A DNA stretch of 32,000 bases from Microcystis aeruginosa NIES-2549. GTDB taxonomy: Bacteria > Cyanobacteriota > Cyanobacteriia > Cyanobacteriales > Microcystaceae. Positions within the stretch are counted from its first letter, which is position 1. Every line of letters starts with the position of its first letter. The DNA is taken from positions 510,001 through 542,000 of the forward strand of contig NZ_CP011304.1 in NCBI RefSeq assembly GCF_000981785.2, given 5' to 3'. The translations under genes and the position numbers were made by a program. Shown piece after piece: positions 18,821-29,900 of the stretch. The notes under the pieces are model-generated. The model searched no databases, was not told where the DNA came from, and saw nothing but the letters and a program-made list of their open reading frames with translations.

Positions 18821-19056
18821 TAGTTAAAGCCGTCCGACCCTAAGCTTTCATGACGGGGCTTTAAACCCAGATTTTCGGTAAAATCTCTAAGCTTTTAAGT
18901 GAACAGAAAATCTCCAGACGGCAAATGTTTGCACAAACGAACCTCCTTGAGGTATGGCCAGGGGCAGTAGAAGCTGATGGGCAAATCGCCATTTCGGGCG
19001 ATTACCGACCTGAACAAGGAAATTACAGATTTTTTCAAGCTAGGATCAAAGATTTT

Positions 19057-19098
19057 GTATCGAAAAATACAAAAACGGTCAAAGTGACTGTTTAGGAT
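19057..19098 (+). promoter_or_regulatory. NtcA-activated (class II) promoter of glnA
   Basis: GTATCGAAAAATAC (19057-19070) is a perfect GTA-N8-TAC NtcA box. After 22 nt comes TAGGAT (19093-19098), which fits the TAN3T -10. The glnA ATG is at 19149. Confidence 0.75.
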
Positions 19099-19148
19099 GG
19101 ATTTTTTGAGAAGCTTAAGAACTGATCCATACATCAAAGGAGTTTTCC

Positions 19149-20570
19149 ATGCCCGAAACGCCACAAGAAGTCTTGAAAATGATTCAGGACAACAATATTA
19201 AGATTATTGACCTGAAATTTATTGATATGCCTGGTATCTGGCAACATTGCTCGTTCTACTACGATCAAATCGATGAAAGCTCTTTCAGCGATGGTGTTGC
19301 CTTCGATGGTTCCAGTATTCGCGGTTGGAAAGCAATTAACGAGTCTGATATGGCCATGGTTCCCGATCCCACCACTGCTTGGATCGATCCCTTCTACAAG
19401 GAACCCACCCTAAGCATGATCTGTAGCATCAAAGAACCGAGAACCGGTGAATGGTATAGCCGCGATCCTCGCTCTATTGCTCAGAAAGCGATCGATTATC
19501 TTAGCACTACCGGTTTAGGTGATACCGTATTTTTTGGACCGGAAGCAGAATTTTTCCTCTTTGATAGCGCTCGTTTCGATCAAACCGCCAACTCCGGCTA
19601 TTACTACATGGATAGTGTCGAAGGTCGTTGGAATAGCGGTAAAGACGAAAAAGACGGAAATCTTGCCTATAAACCCGCCTACAAACAGGGTTATTTTCCC
19701 GTTAGTCCCACCGATACCTCTCAAGACATTCGCACGGAAATGCTCTTAACCATGGCCGACTGCGGAGTTCCCATTGAAAAACATCACCATGAAGTCGCTA
19801 CCGGTGGTCAAAACGAGTTAGGGATTAAATTCTCTACCCTAGTACGGGCCGCCGACTACTTGATGACCTATAAATACTGCATCAAGAACGTGGCTAAGAA
19901 ATACGGTAAAACCGTCACCTTTATGCCTAAACCCATCTTTGGTGATAACGGTTCTGGGATGCACGTTCACCAGTCTATCTGGAAAGATGGTCAACCCCTG
20001 TTCGCTGGGGATAAATACGCCGGACTTAGCCAAATGGCACTGTACTACATCGGTGGTTTGCTTAGACACGCTCCCGCGCTCTTAGCTTTAACTAACCCCA
20101 CCACCAACTCTTACAAGCGTCTCGTCCCCGGTTTTGAGGCCCCTGTAAACCTAGCCTACTCCCAAGGTAATCGCTCCGCTTCGATTCGGATTCCTTTATC
20201 GGGAAGCAACCCGAAAGCCAAACGTTTAGAATTCCGTTGTCCTGATGCGACTTCTAACCCCTACCTCGCTTTTGCCGCCATGCTCTGTGCCGGTATCGAT
20301 GGGATTAAAAATCAAATCGACCCCGGGGAACCCCTTGATGTGGATATCTACGAACTAAGTCCCGAAGAATTGTCAAAAATACCCTCTACCCCCGGTTCTC
20401 TAGAAGCAGCTCTAGAAAGTCTCGAAAAAGATCACGCTTTCTTGACCGATTCTGGTGTTTTTACCGAAGACTTTATCCAAAACTGGATCACCTACAAACT
20501 CGATAACGAAGTTAACCCGATGCGCTTACGTCCTCACCCCTACGAGTTCTCTCTCTACTACGATGTCTAA
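19149..20570 (+). CDS. glnA: glutamine synthetase type I
   Basis: 473 aa. [37 protein letters not shown] and [20 protein letters not shown]. Confidence 0.95.
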   Translation: MPETPQEVLKMIQDNNIKIIDLKFIDMPGIWQHCSFYYDQIDESSFSDGVAFDGSSIRGWKAINESDMAMVPDPTTAWIDPFYKEPTLSMICSIKEPRTGEWYSRDPRSIAQKAIDYLSTTGLGDTVFFGPEAEFFLFDSARFDQTANSGYYYMDSVEGRWNSGKDEKDGNLAYKPAYKQGYFPVSPTDTSQDIRTEMLLTMADCGVPIEKHHHEVATGGQNELGIKFSTLVRAADYLMTYKYCIKNVAKKYGKTVTFMPKPIFGDNGSGMHVHQSIWKDGQPLFAGDKYAGLSQMALYYIGGLLRHAPALLALTNPTTNSYKRLVPGFEAPVNLAYSQGNRSASIRIPLSGSNPKAKRLEFRCPDATSNPYLAFAAMLCAGIDGIKNQIDPGEPLDVDIYELSPEELSKIPSTPGSLEAALESLEKDHAFLTDSGVFTEDFIQNWITYKLDNEVNPMRLRPHPYEFSLYYDV

Positions 20571-20597
20571 GGTTTGATTGACTAATCATTAATCCTA

Positions 20598-20624
20598 GGG
20601 TGGGCTTTTGTCTGCCCTTTTTTT
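20598..20624 (+). terminator. Rho-independent terminator of glnA
   Basis: GGGTGGGC-TTTT-GTCTGCCC hairpin (8 bp including G-U pairs) followed by TTTTTTT, 28 nt after the stop. Confidence 0.65.
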
Positions 20625-20675
20625 CGGAATCAGCAAGGGAGTGGGGAGCGGGGGAGATGGGATAATAAATAAAAG

Positions 20676-20724
20676 CTGAATCCTGAATACTGAATAGTGA
20701 CTCCTGAATACTGAATACTGAGTA
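20676..20724 (+). repeat. heptamer array (CTGAATA-type, 7 units)
   Basis: CTGAATC CTGAATA CTGAATA GTGACTC CTGAATA CTGAATA CTGAGTA, read directly. Confidence 0.85.
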
Positions 20725-20789
20725 ACTGCCCAATCAAACAACAATCTTAAGCTTTATCCCCTCAGTCCTCAACAGTGATACAATTGCCG

Positions 20790-22275
<1,486 letters not shown>

Positions 22276-22290
22276 AGGGGAGTTATTGGG

Positions 22291-22313
22291 AGGGCTGATT
22301 TGATTTCAGCCCT
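22291..22313 (+). terminator. hairpin after thiC (possible terminator, weak U-tract)
   Basis: AGGGCTGA-TTTGATT-TCAGCCCT, 16 nt after the thiC stop. It is followed by ATTCC, so the T-run is poor. Confidence 0.4.
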
Positions 22314-22362
22314 ATTCCTAGGATAGAAGTCAAAATTATGGGAATAACCGCCGATTTTTTGA

Positions 22363-22902
22363 CTAATTGACCCGTTTTTCTAGATATTGACCGATCATCA
22401 ATTCTTGACCAGCGCGAGAGATAATCGTTTGTCGGGTGCGATATTGTTGACCGATGAGTTTAATTTCTTCTTCAAAGACAGAACCGGCGTATTCTGTTCT
22501 CAGACAGAGAGTAGAGGGGTTAGGAAAGGTATAAATAGCGCTAACGGGTTTATCCGTCGCAAATCCCCGATCGCGATAGAGAATATTATCTAAAATACCG
22601 AATATAGTGGAACCGTTGGAGGGTTTTTTACTCTGGGGACGGAGATAATTACTTTGCCAAGTCACTTCCGTGCCACCTAATAAGGTTGTATCTTCCAGAT
22701 TATGTAAACGGGCAAGTTGAATTAATGGTTCGCTGCCTTGGGGTAAATATTTAATCTCGATGGCGCTGATAACTTCTTGGGGTTCCGTTTCTTGGGTGAG
22801 GGTGTAATAACGTCTCTGGGATTGCCAGCGTCCTTCTGTCTGCTTAAAAAAGGCTAAAGCCGAGGTTTCCAGCGATAATTGGGCGGTTTGAATTAATGTC
22901 AT
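22363..22902 (-). CDS. CpcS/CpeS-family phycobiliprotein (bilin) lyase homolog
   Basis: From ATG 22902: MTLIQTAQLSLETSALAFFKQTEGRWQSQRRYYTL. This is the F..S.G.W.SQR N-terminal signature of the CpcS/CpeS lipocalin-like lyases, plus LYRDRGFA later. The track's TTG 22956 start is unlikely. Confidence 0.7.
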   Translation of the reverse strand: MTLIQTAQLSLETSALAFFKQTEGRWQSQRRYYTLTQETEPQEVISAIEIKYLPQGSEPLIQLARLHNLEDTTLLGGTEVTWQSNYLRPQSKKPSNGSTIFGILDNILYRDRGFATDKPVSAIYTFPNPSTLCLRTEYAGSVFEEEIKLIGQQYRTRQTIISRAGQELMIGQYLEKRVN

Positions 22903-23280
22903 AGAAATAAAACCTTTCCTGTTTTTTGGTAGAGCAGATTTGTTATCCTTTGTCAAGAGTTTGCCAGAGAACTGTTACACATCTTAATACAATTATAACC
23001 TTGCCTGGAAATTAAGTGGTAGGGGTGTTGAGGGAAATAATTCGGTAAAAGTCGCATAGATACAGCAGTTACAGGGAAAAAACGGGATAAGATTGCTAAA
23101 ACCTGTGAGCTTATCCTAGTTACTTCCATTTACCCTTATCTATCGATTAATTCTGTCAAATTGGCTACAGTGAGTACGAGGTTCTTCCTCCAACCCCTTT
23201 TTTACCTGTTACTTTTCATCCGATCTGCCCAGTCTTGCTATTGTTAAAAATATAGAACCTCCGAACCAGGTCTCAACTCC

Positions 23281-24201
23281 GTGCAGTTAAAACAAGTCAT
23301 CATCGCTCACAAGGCCAACCATCCCCAAAGTAAAGCATGGGCGGAAAAATGCGCTAAACAATTAGAAGCCCGTCAGTGTAAAGTTTTAATGGGACCCAGT
23401 GGCTTTAAAGATAATCCCTATCCGGTATTTTTAGCCTCAGCATCGGGAAAAATCGACCTAGCCATCGTTTTAGGCGGAGATGGAACCACTTTGGCCGCCA
23501 CTCGCTATTTAGCTCACGAAGACATTCCAATTTTAGCGGTGAATGTCGGCGGCCATCTGGGATTTTTAACGGAACCTTTTGAGGTTTTCCAAGATACAGA
23601 GACGGTCTGGGAGCGTTTACAATCGGACCACTATGCGGTACAACAACGGATGATGTTAACGGCCAGAATCTATGAAGGGGATAAAAGAAACCCAGAGGCA
23701 GTGAGCGAGGCATTTTATGCCCTGAATGAGATGTGTGTGAAACCCGCTAGTATCGATAGGATGCCCACCTCGATCCTGGAAATCGAAGTGGACGGGGAAA
23801 TAGTAGATCAGTACCAAGGAGACGGCCTATTAGTGGCCACTCCCACGGGGTCCACCTGTTACACCGCTTCCGCTAATGGCCCGATTATACACCCCGGCAT
23901 GGAAGCGATCGCTGTCACCCCGATTTGTCCCTTGAGTCTCTCCAGTCGGCCGATTGTCATTCCCCCGGCATCTCTGGTCAGTATTTGGCCCCTGGGAGAC
24001 TACGAATTAAATACTAAACTCTGGATGGATGGCGCTTTAGCCACTTCCATTTGGCCCGGGCAATGGGTGGGAGTTACTAAAGCTGAAAAATTCGCCCAAT
24101 TTATTATCCTGCGGGAAAGTTATTCTTTTTATCAGACTCTACAGGAAAAATTGCAATGGGCCGGGGCGAGAATTCATTATGATGGCAATCGTCATAATTA
24201 G
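23281..24201 (+). CDS. nadK: NAD(+) kinase
   Basis: 306 aa, GTG start. LAIVLGGDGTTL, ALNEMCV and YQGDGLLVATPTGSTCYTASANGPI. Confidence 0.9.
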   Translation: MQLKQVIIAHKANHPQSKAWAEKCAKQLEARQCKVLMGPSGFKDNPYPVFLASASGKIDLAIVLGGDGTTLAATRYLAHEDIPILAVNVGGHLGFLTEPFEVFQDTETVWERLQSDHYAVQQRMMLTARIYEGDKRNPEAVSEAFYALNEMCVKPASIDRMPTSILEIEVDGEIVDQYQGDGLLVATPTGSTCYTASANGPIIHPGMEAIAVTPICPLSLSSRPIVIPPASLVSIWPLGDYELNTKLWMDGALATSIWPGQWVGVTKAEKFAQFIILRESYSFYQTLQEKLQWAGARIHYDGNRHN

Positions 24202-24441
24202 GACTGGCTCAAGAGCTTCTGGGAGTGGTGTCTGGGGGATGATTGAGTATATCTTCTAAAATTGGTCATTACTTCCGATTTTATCAGTCAATCTAGGCTT
24301 TTGGGGGGTAGAACCCCCCAAACCCAGAAGCGCATTTGCTGATTGTCGGTATTTCTGCAAGAGAGGGTCAAAAGTTGTCAAAATATTTGACAAAGTTGCC
24401 ACTTTATGGTAAGAAATTGGGTCATTATTATCCCTTAAATT

Positions 24442-25509
24442 TTAAATTTCATCCCATCCAGTTAAGCCAGAAGACATAACATAACTGGTAACGGTTGCTT
24501 CAAAAAAGTTAGCTTTGGTGTGGCCTTCTTTTTTGGTATCGGAGAAGCGTTCCAGATGGGTATAGGGACTTTTTTTATACTTTTCTTCCCTGTATAAAGG
24601 CTCAAGTCCGATCGCTTTTAGTCGAATATTAGCGAGGTATTTGGTGTACTGTTCGGTACTGTATTCGGTAATACCTAAAATGTCGTTGCCAACAATGTGA
24701 TTTGTCCAGCGACATTCGTGTTTAACGGCACTATCGAACATCTCATAAATCTGTTCAACAGAATGGGGAAAAATTGCCATGGCTTCGGGGATAAGTTTTT
24801 GATACAAACGGACGTGACTTAATTCGTCCCGGTTGATCATTTTGAAAACGTCAGCACTACCGGACATTAGCTGTCGAGAAGCGAGATTATAGAAGAAGAT
24901 AAAGCCGTTATAAAAATACAAACTCTCCAGTAAATAGTCGGCAAGAAGAGCGATAAAATAGCTTTCAGTAGTTTGTTTGTCGATGTATTGCTGGTAGAGA
25001 CTAGCGATAAATTCACAGCGATCCTTGAGAACTTTATCGGTACGCCAAAAGTCGTAAACTTCACCTCTGCGATCCGATGGAATAATCGTTTCAATTAAGT
25101 ATTGATAACTTTGATTGTGCATGGCTTCTTGGGAAATTTGTTCCGCCATACAAAGACTAATTTCTGGCGCAGTGACGCTACCTTTTAGGTGGGGAATATT
25201 ACAGGTTTGTACGGAATCAAGAAAAGTTAGATAGGACAAAATACCATCATAAGCATATCTTTCTTCATCGGTAAGATGCCCGTATTCAGTCACGTCTTGA
25301 GTGATATCTAAGCGTTGGGGGATCCAGAAATTTTCCCGCATTTGTTGATATAAACCAACCGCCCAGGTGTAGCGGACATCGTTTAATTGCATCAGGTTGG
25401 TGGTGTTACCAAACCAGATTGAACGGTTTTCGATCGCATCATCTCCCGACGGATTGAAGATCGGGGAAATGGGCATCGAATGGCAAGAATTAACTAAATG
25501 TAAGGACAT
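24442..25509 (-). CDS. nrdB: class I ribonucleotide reductase beta subunit (R2)
   Basis: 355 aa. Di-iron ligand contexts EQISQEAMHNQSY and NRDELSHVRLY, and ESLYFYNGF. Confidence 0.9.
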   Translation of the reverse strand: MSLHLVNSCHSMPISPIFNPSGDDAIENRSIWFGNTTNLMQLNDVRYTWAVGLYQQMRENFWIPQRLDITQDVTEYGHLTDEERYAYDGILSYLTFLDSVQTCNIPHLKGSVTAPEISLCMAEQISQEAMHNQSYQYLIETIIPSDRRGEVYDFWRTDKVLKDRCEFIASLYQQYIDKQTTESYFIALLADYLLESLYFYNGFIFFYNLASRQLMSGSADVFKMINRDELSHVRLYQKLIPEAMAIFPHSVEQIYEMFDSAVKHECRWTNHIVGNDILGITEYSTEQYTKYLANIRLKAIGLEPLYREEKYKKSPYTHLERFSDTKKEGHTKANFFEATVTSYVMSSGLTGWDEI

Positions 25510-25562
25510 GATTACTTGGATATTATGGCACTTTTAGGTTATAATAGGTTTTCGGTAAAAAG

Positions 25563-26009
25563 TCAAATGGTTTGATTAGGAATAAATTCAAAATCTAGGG
25601 CTTCTGCCAAAGTAAATGGGCAATCGTTCGGGAATTTATCGAGGTTTATCCCTGTTTCAATAGCGGCTTTTTTTCTGGCTTTGTTATAGCATTTTTTAAA
25701 AATTTCTTCTGTTAAAAAAATCTTAAGACTAGGGCTAGTTTCTAAATCTTCTTCGATTCTTTCGCGATGCTCAAAAAGGGTTAATTCCCAGCTTCTGCTT
25801 TGTTTTTCTGGCTCTTGTAAGTATTTTAGTAAATGCCATAAAATCACGGTCAGATTGCTTTTTAATGCTTTCTGTTGACTGATAGACATAGATTTGATTT
25901 CTTCAATTAAATTCTCTAAATCTAAATCGGAAAACTGGCGATTTTCCAGTAAATTAATTGTTTTCTCTAACCAGAGATAGTAATCTTTTTCGTATAAGTT
26001 CTTTTCCAT
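25563..26009 (-). CDS. DUF29 domain protein (copy 1)
   Basis: MEKNLYEKDYYLWLEKTINLLENRQFSDLDLENLIEEIKSM is the DUF29 N-terminal signature. An alternative ATG at 26021 would overlap the upstream stop as TAATG. ATG 26009 aligns with the paralogs and follows GGGGA. Confidence 0.8.
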   Translation of the reverse strand: MEKNLYEKDYYLWLEKTINLLENRQFSDLDLENLIEEIKSMSISQQKALKSNLTVILWHLLKYLQEPEKQSRSWELTLFEHRERIEEDLETSPSLKIFLTEEIFKKCYNKARKKAAIETGINLDKFPNDCPFTLAEALDFEFIPNQTI

Positions 26010-26020
26010 AATTATCCCCA

Positions 26021-26473
26021 TTATTTTGATATTTCAGGAAACCAATCCTCATTTAAAGCCTGTTCTATAGTGCAAATTGGAGCTAAACCGACCAAATTTT
26101 CAGCCATTCCAGATAGATCCAGAAATAATTTACGAGCATTTTGATAACAGGGGGAGAAAATTTCCAATAAATAGGGCTTTAAACTGGGACTGTCTTCAAT
26201 AATTTGTTGAATTCGTAGGCGAAAGTTACGGATTTCATTTTTCCATCCTCTTTGATTATATTCTAATTCCGACTGCCAGTAAGCTAGTTTCAGCAAATGT
26301 TCTAATAACCGAGTTAAATAACTTTCTAAACTTCGTTTCTCACTTTTCCCCATACTACTAATTTCATCAATTAAATTTTCTAAATCCAACTCAGAAAATT
26401 GACGATTTTCTAGTAAAGATATAGTTTTCTCTATCCAGAGATAGTAATCCTGTTCGTATAAATCACTCTTCAT
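26021..26473 (-). CDS. DUF29 domain protein (copy 2)
   Basis: MKSDLYEQDYYLWIEKTISLLENRQFSELDLENLIDEISSMGKSEKRSLESYLTRLLEHLLKLAYWQ. The ATG is 3 nt after the copy 3 stop. Confidence 0.85.
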   Translation of the reverse strand: MKSDLYEQDYYLWIEKTISLLENRQFSELDLENLIDEISSMGKSEKRSLESYLTRLLEHLLKLAYWQSELEYNQRGWKNEIRNFRLRIQQIIEDSPSLKPYLLEIFSPCYQNARKLFLDLSGMAENLVGLAPICTIEQALNEDWFPEISK

Positions 26474-26476
26474 TGC

Positions 26477-26953
26477 TTAATCCTCTCCGAGAAACTCAGG
26501 AAACCAATTTTCATCTAAAATTTGGTTGATTGATCCAATAGGTGTAGCACTTAAAAGTCTTTTATCGATGCCAGAACCTTCGACAAATAGATGGCAAGCA
26601 TCCTCGTAACATTGATCGAGAATCTCGGTGAGATAAGATACTAAGTTTGTATTATAAGTTCCATCCTTTTTGTTGCTAATAATTCTTTTTATTTGAATGC
26701 GAAAATTTAAAATCTCACGTCGCCACTTGTTTTTATTGTAATCGCGCTTAGATTGCCAATAAGTTAATTTAAGTAAATGCTCCAAGAGTTTAGTTAGTAA
26801 ACTCTCTAACTTCTGACGTTCTCTTCTGGACATATCTTTTATTTCTTCAATTAAATTTTCTAAATCCAACTCAGAAAATTGACGATTTTCTAGTAAAGAT
26901 ATGGTTTTATCTAACCAGAGATAGTAATCCTGTTCGTATAAAGTCTTATCCAT
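26477..26953 (-). CDS. DUF29 domain protein (copy 3)
   Basis: From ATG 26953: MDKTLYEQDYYLWLDKTISLLENRQFSELDLENLIEEIKDMSRRERQKLESLLTKLLEHLLKLTYWQ. The track's longer ORF (to 27058) overlaps the nrdA 3' end, and its extension has no homology to the paralogs. Confidence 0.85.
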   Translation of the reverse strand: MDKTLYEQDYYLWLDKTISLLENRQFSELDLENLIEEIKDMSRRERQKLESLLTKLLEHLLKLTYWQSKRDYNKNKWRREILNFRIQIKRIISNKKDGTYNTNLVSYLTEILDQCYEDACHLFVEGSGIDKRLLSATPIGSINQILDENWFPEFLGED

Positions 26954-26990
26954 AGCTGTGATTAGGTGATGAATAAGACTTATCTTAACC

Positions 26991-29900
26991 TTAATTAGCG
27001 CAACTAGAACAACTATCGTCAGACTCTCGAAAATTGTCCTTTTGTACGGTACGGACATAATAAATCGCTTTACACCCCAATTCCCACGCCATGATTAGAG
27101 TATCAAAGATATCCTTGGCTGTGAGACAACGGTTGGGTTCTGCGGGAAAATAAACCCCTTCATTGAGGTTGAATAATAACTCCATAGAAATCCCCGTATC
27201 GATCCATTCTTGCATAGTAGCGATCGCTTTGACCACTTGTTGCTGTTCGAGGTTTTTATTCTCTGGATAAAACCAGAAAGCTTCTTCAATAAAAGGCGGT
27301 GCGATGGGAACAGTTCCCTTTGCCCATTTATCGTAGAAAAAGCGACTATAAACCGGCAAAACACTAGCGGTACATCCCTGTACCAAACTAGAGGAAGTAT
27401 TAGGAGCAATGGCGGTAATATGGGAATTACGGATGCCAAATCGTTGAATATCTTCGGCTAATTGTTGCCATCTTTGCGGTTGCACCGCGTTATTTAAAAA
27501 CCATGCCACTGGTTTTGCCCCGATTAATTTGCCTTGACTCCATTCGCTACCCAAGAAAGCTTGATAAGCGCCGCGTTCTTTGGCTAATTCCATCGAGGAA
27601 TAGGTACACCAATAGCCAATTTCTTCAAATAAATTACTAATTTCTGACAGGTTATTGTAGGATAATTTCCGTTTAGCTAACCAGTCAGCCAATCCCATCG
27701 CCCCTACCCCAATAGTGCGATATTTATCGTTGTGGCTTTTAGCATTATCAAAGGGAGGATTAGTAATATCGATAGTATTGTCGAGAATTCTGACAGCGAT
27801 TTGACAATTAGACTCGATTTCTTCCCTGTCGATGTTGGCTAAATTAAGGCTAACTAAATTACAGCAATGAGCAGTTTTATCGGGGGTGACATTGCTAAAA
27901 GATTCGGTGCATTGTCCTGTGAGAATGCCGTTAAACATTCCCAGATGACGCTTGGGTTCTGTAAAACAGTAGGTGTCATCTCGACGACAGGTTAACTCTA
28001 CCGATTCAATGCGGATAAACTGAGTGGCCGAACGTTGGGGTTCTTTTAACGTCCATTGTAAGCGATGGGTTTTAAGTCCCAATTGACCAAGTTGAAATAG
28101 TCCGACAGAATTAATCAGTAAACGATATTTTGGTTGACAGAGATATTCTTGATAATTTCCCTTTCCATTTGGCATCAATTTATAGCCACCGTCATCCATA
28201 GCAGTAACTTTGGAATCAACTCCTAAAGTCTGTAACATTAGGCGAATATCGAGCAAAAATTGCCGGTTAACAGAAGCAATCTGGAGAGACTCGTTAGAAC
28301 CATTGCGGGCAACTGTTCCATCGGCATCAAGTAAACCAGCTAACCATTCTAAACGAGATTTAATTGTGTAACCATTGAGAGGAACTGTAAATTTACTGGG
28401 AATATCTAACGGGAGTTTACAGACGATCCGATCTTGTTTACTGTCATGATAGACCGCTAGGGTATCGGTTTCTTTTCTCCAAAAAGTACCTTTTTCAATA
28501 GAGCCATTTCCCCGATATTTGTTACGAATAGCCAATAAGGGAAGTAACTCTTTTTTAACTCCGTATAGGTCAACTTCTGGTATTCCATTGTTTCCGTAAC
28601 TCCCATCTCCAGAAAAGAATCCTGCGGTGTAGGCGTAGGGAAAGTCAAGATCATTTTCTGACTGGATGAGAGGCAGCTGGTATTTAATTAATTTATCCCC
28701 TTGTTTGAGGTCTTTTGCCTCCACAATTTCCACGGTTCCCTTGTAGTTTTTCTGAACGTAAAACTTATGGTAGTAAGTACATTCCAAGTTCTCTCCGTTA
28801 GAGAAATTGACCTTTAATAAAGGCTGGTTTTCTCCAGTCTTTTTAACTAATACTTCTGACCACTCCAATCCATTCCAGACATTAACATATTCTCCCACCA
28901 AATCAGCGATTGCTATTTGTCCTCGATCCGTGAGAATTTTTGTTTCTCCCGCAACGCATAAATTTACACCGGGGATATAGCCATCGTGTTTATTAGGATT
29001 AGCTCGATTGATGGTATCTTTGAAGGCAATGTAGGGCATTCCTGTTTCCACTTGGGAACGCATGATACTTTTAAATAAGTCCCGGGCATTGATTTTTTTA
29101 TAGAGGACAATCTCTCTATCTAAATTAGCCTCTACTAAACGATAAGCCTCTTCAAATTCTTCCCCCCATAGTTCCGCTAATTCTATACCTAATTTAGTGC
29201 GAACTTCGTAGGGATCTACTAATGTCCACTCGGCTTTAGTTATCACCCGACGCATGAATTCATCGGTGATAACTAATTGGGGAAAAATATCATAAGCTTT
29301 GCGTCTTTGATCACCGTTTTCTGTCTGCATTTCCAGAAATTCTGGCACGTCTAAATGCCAGATGTCAACACCGATGGTAACAGCCCCGGCGCGTCTTCCC
29401 CCCTGATTGACTGCAATAGCTGTATCGTTGAGTAATTTAATCCAAGGAATAATCCCACCAGAAGCATTAGCTTTGCCCATTACCCAGCTACCAGTGGCGC
29501 GAATTCTACTCACATTCACCCCGACACCGCCACCATTTTTGGAGATGCGGGCAGCATTAGTAATCTCGCTGAAAATACTTTCTAAACTGTCGTCAATGGA
29601 GAGGATAAAACAACTGGTTAGGGAACCTTTGGGAGTGCGTAAATTGGCTAAAATTGGGGTGGCAAGAGAGATTTTTCTTTGGGCAATCGCTTGATAAAAT
29701 TTCTTCGCCCAGGGTAGTCTATTAGCCGGTTCTTCCACAATGGCAAGCAGTAAGGAACAGGTTAATAATGCCTCTTGGGGTAACTCATTTTTGAGTAAAT
29801 AACGGCTAGTGATTAACAATGCGCCAGCGTAATCATAATCGATATCCCAATCGGGATTAATCCAAGAACCAGCTTCTTTTAATTCTGCCTCGGAATAGAT

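Noticed and set aside
18895-19164. ORF 18895-19164 (-), 89 aa, overlapping the glnA start
   Set aside because: It runs antisense through the NtcA box, the -10 and the glnA ATG. It has no SD and an odd composition, so the region is better explained as the glnA promoter.
24260-24432. Spacer between nadK and nrdB. It has direct repeats AAATTGG(G)TCATTA (about 24260 and 24414), a GC hairpin TTGGGGGG-TAGAA-CCCCCCAA (24301-24321) and an inverted repeat TTGTCAAA-ATA-TTTGACAA (24375-24393). The CAAAATATTT core of that inverted repeat recurs at 30618-30627, upstream of nrdA.
   Set aside because: The hairpins lack a proper U-tract on either strand, so I did not call terminators. The shared 10-mer and short direct repeats are easily produced by chance in AT-rich spacers. 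This would only be worth revisiting if a genome-wide motif search shows enrichment around nrd genes.
26954-27058. 35-codon N-terminal extension of DUF29 copy 3 overlapping the nrdA 3' end
   Set aside because: The extension (MSVPYKRTIFESLTIVVLVALIKVKISLIHHLITA) has no counterpart in the two paralogs, which both start at M-x-x-x-LYEQDYY. ATG 26953 aligns perfectly with them.
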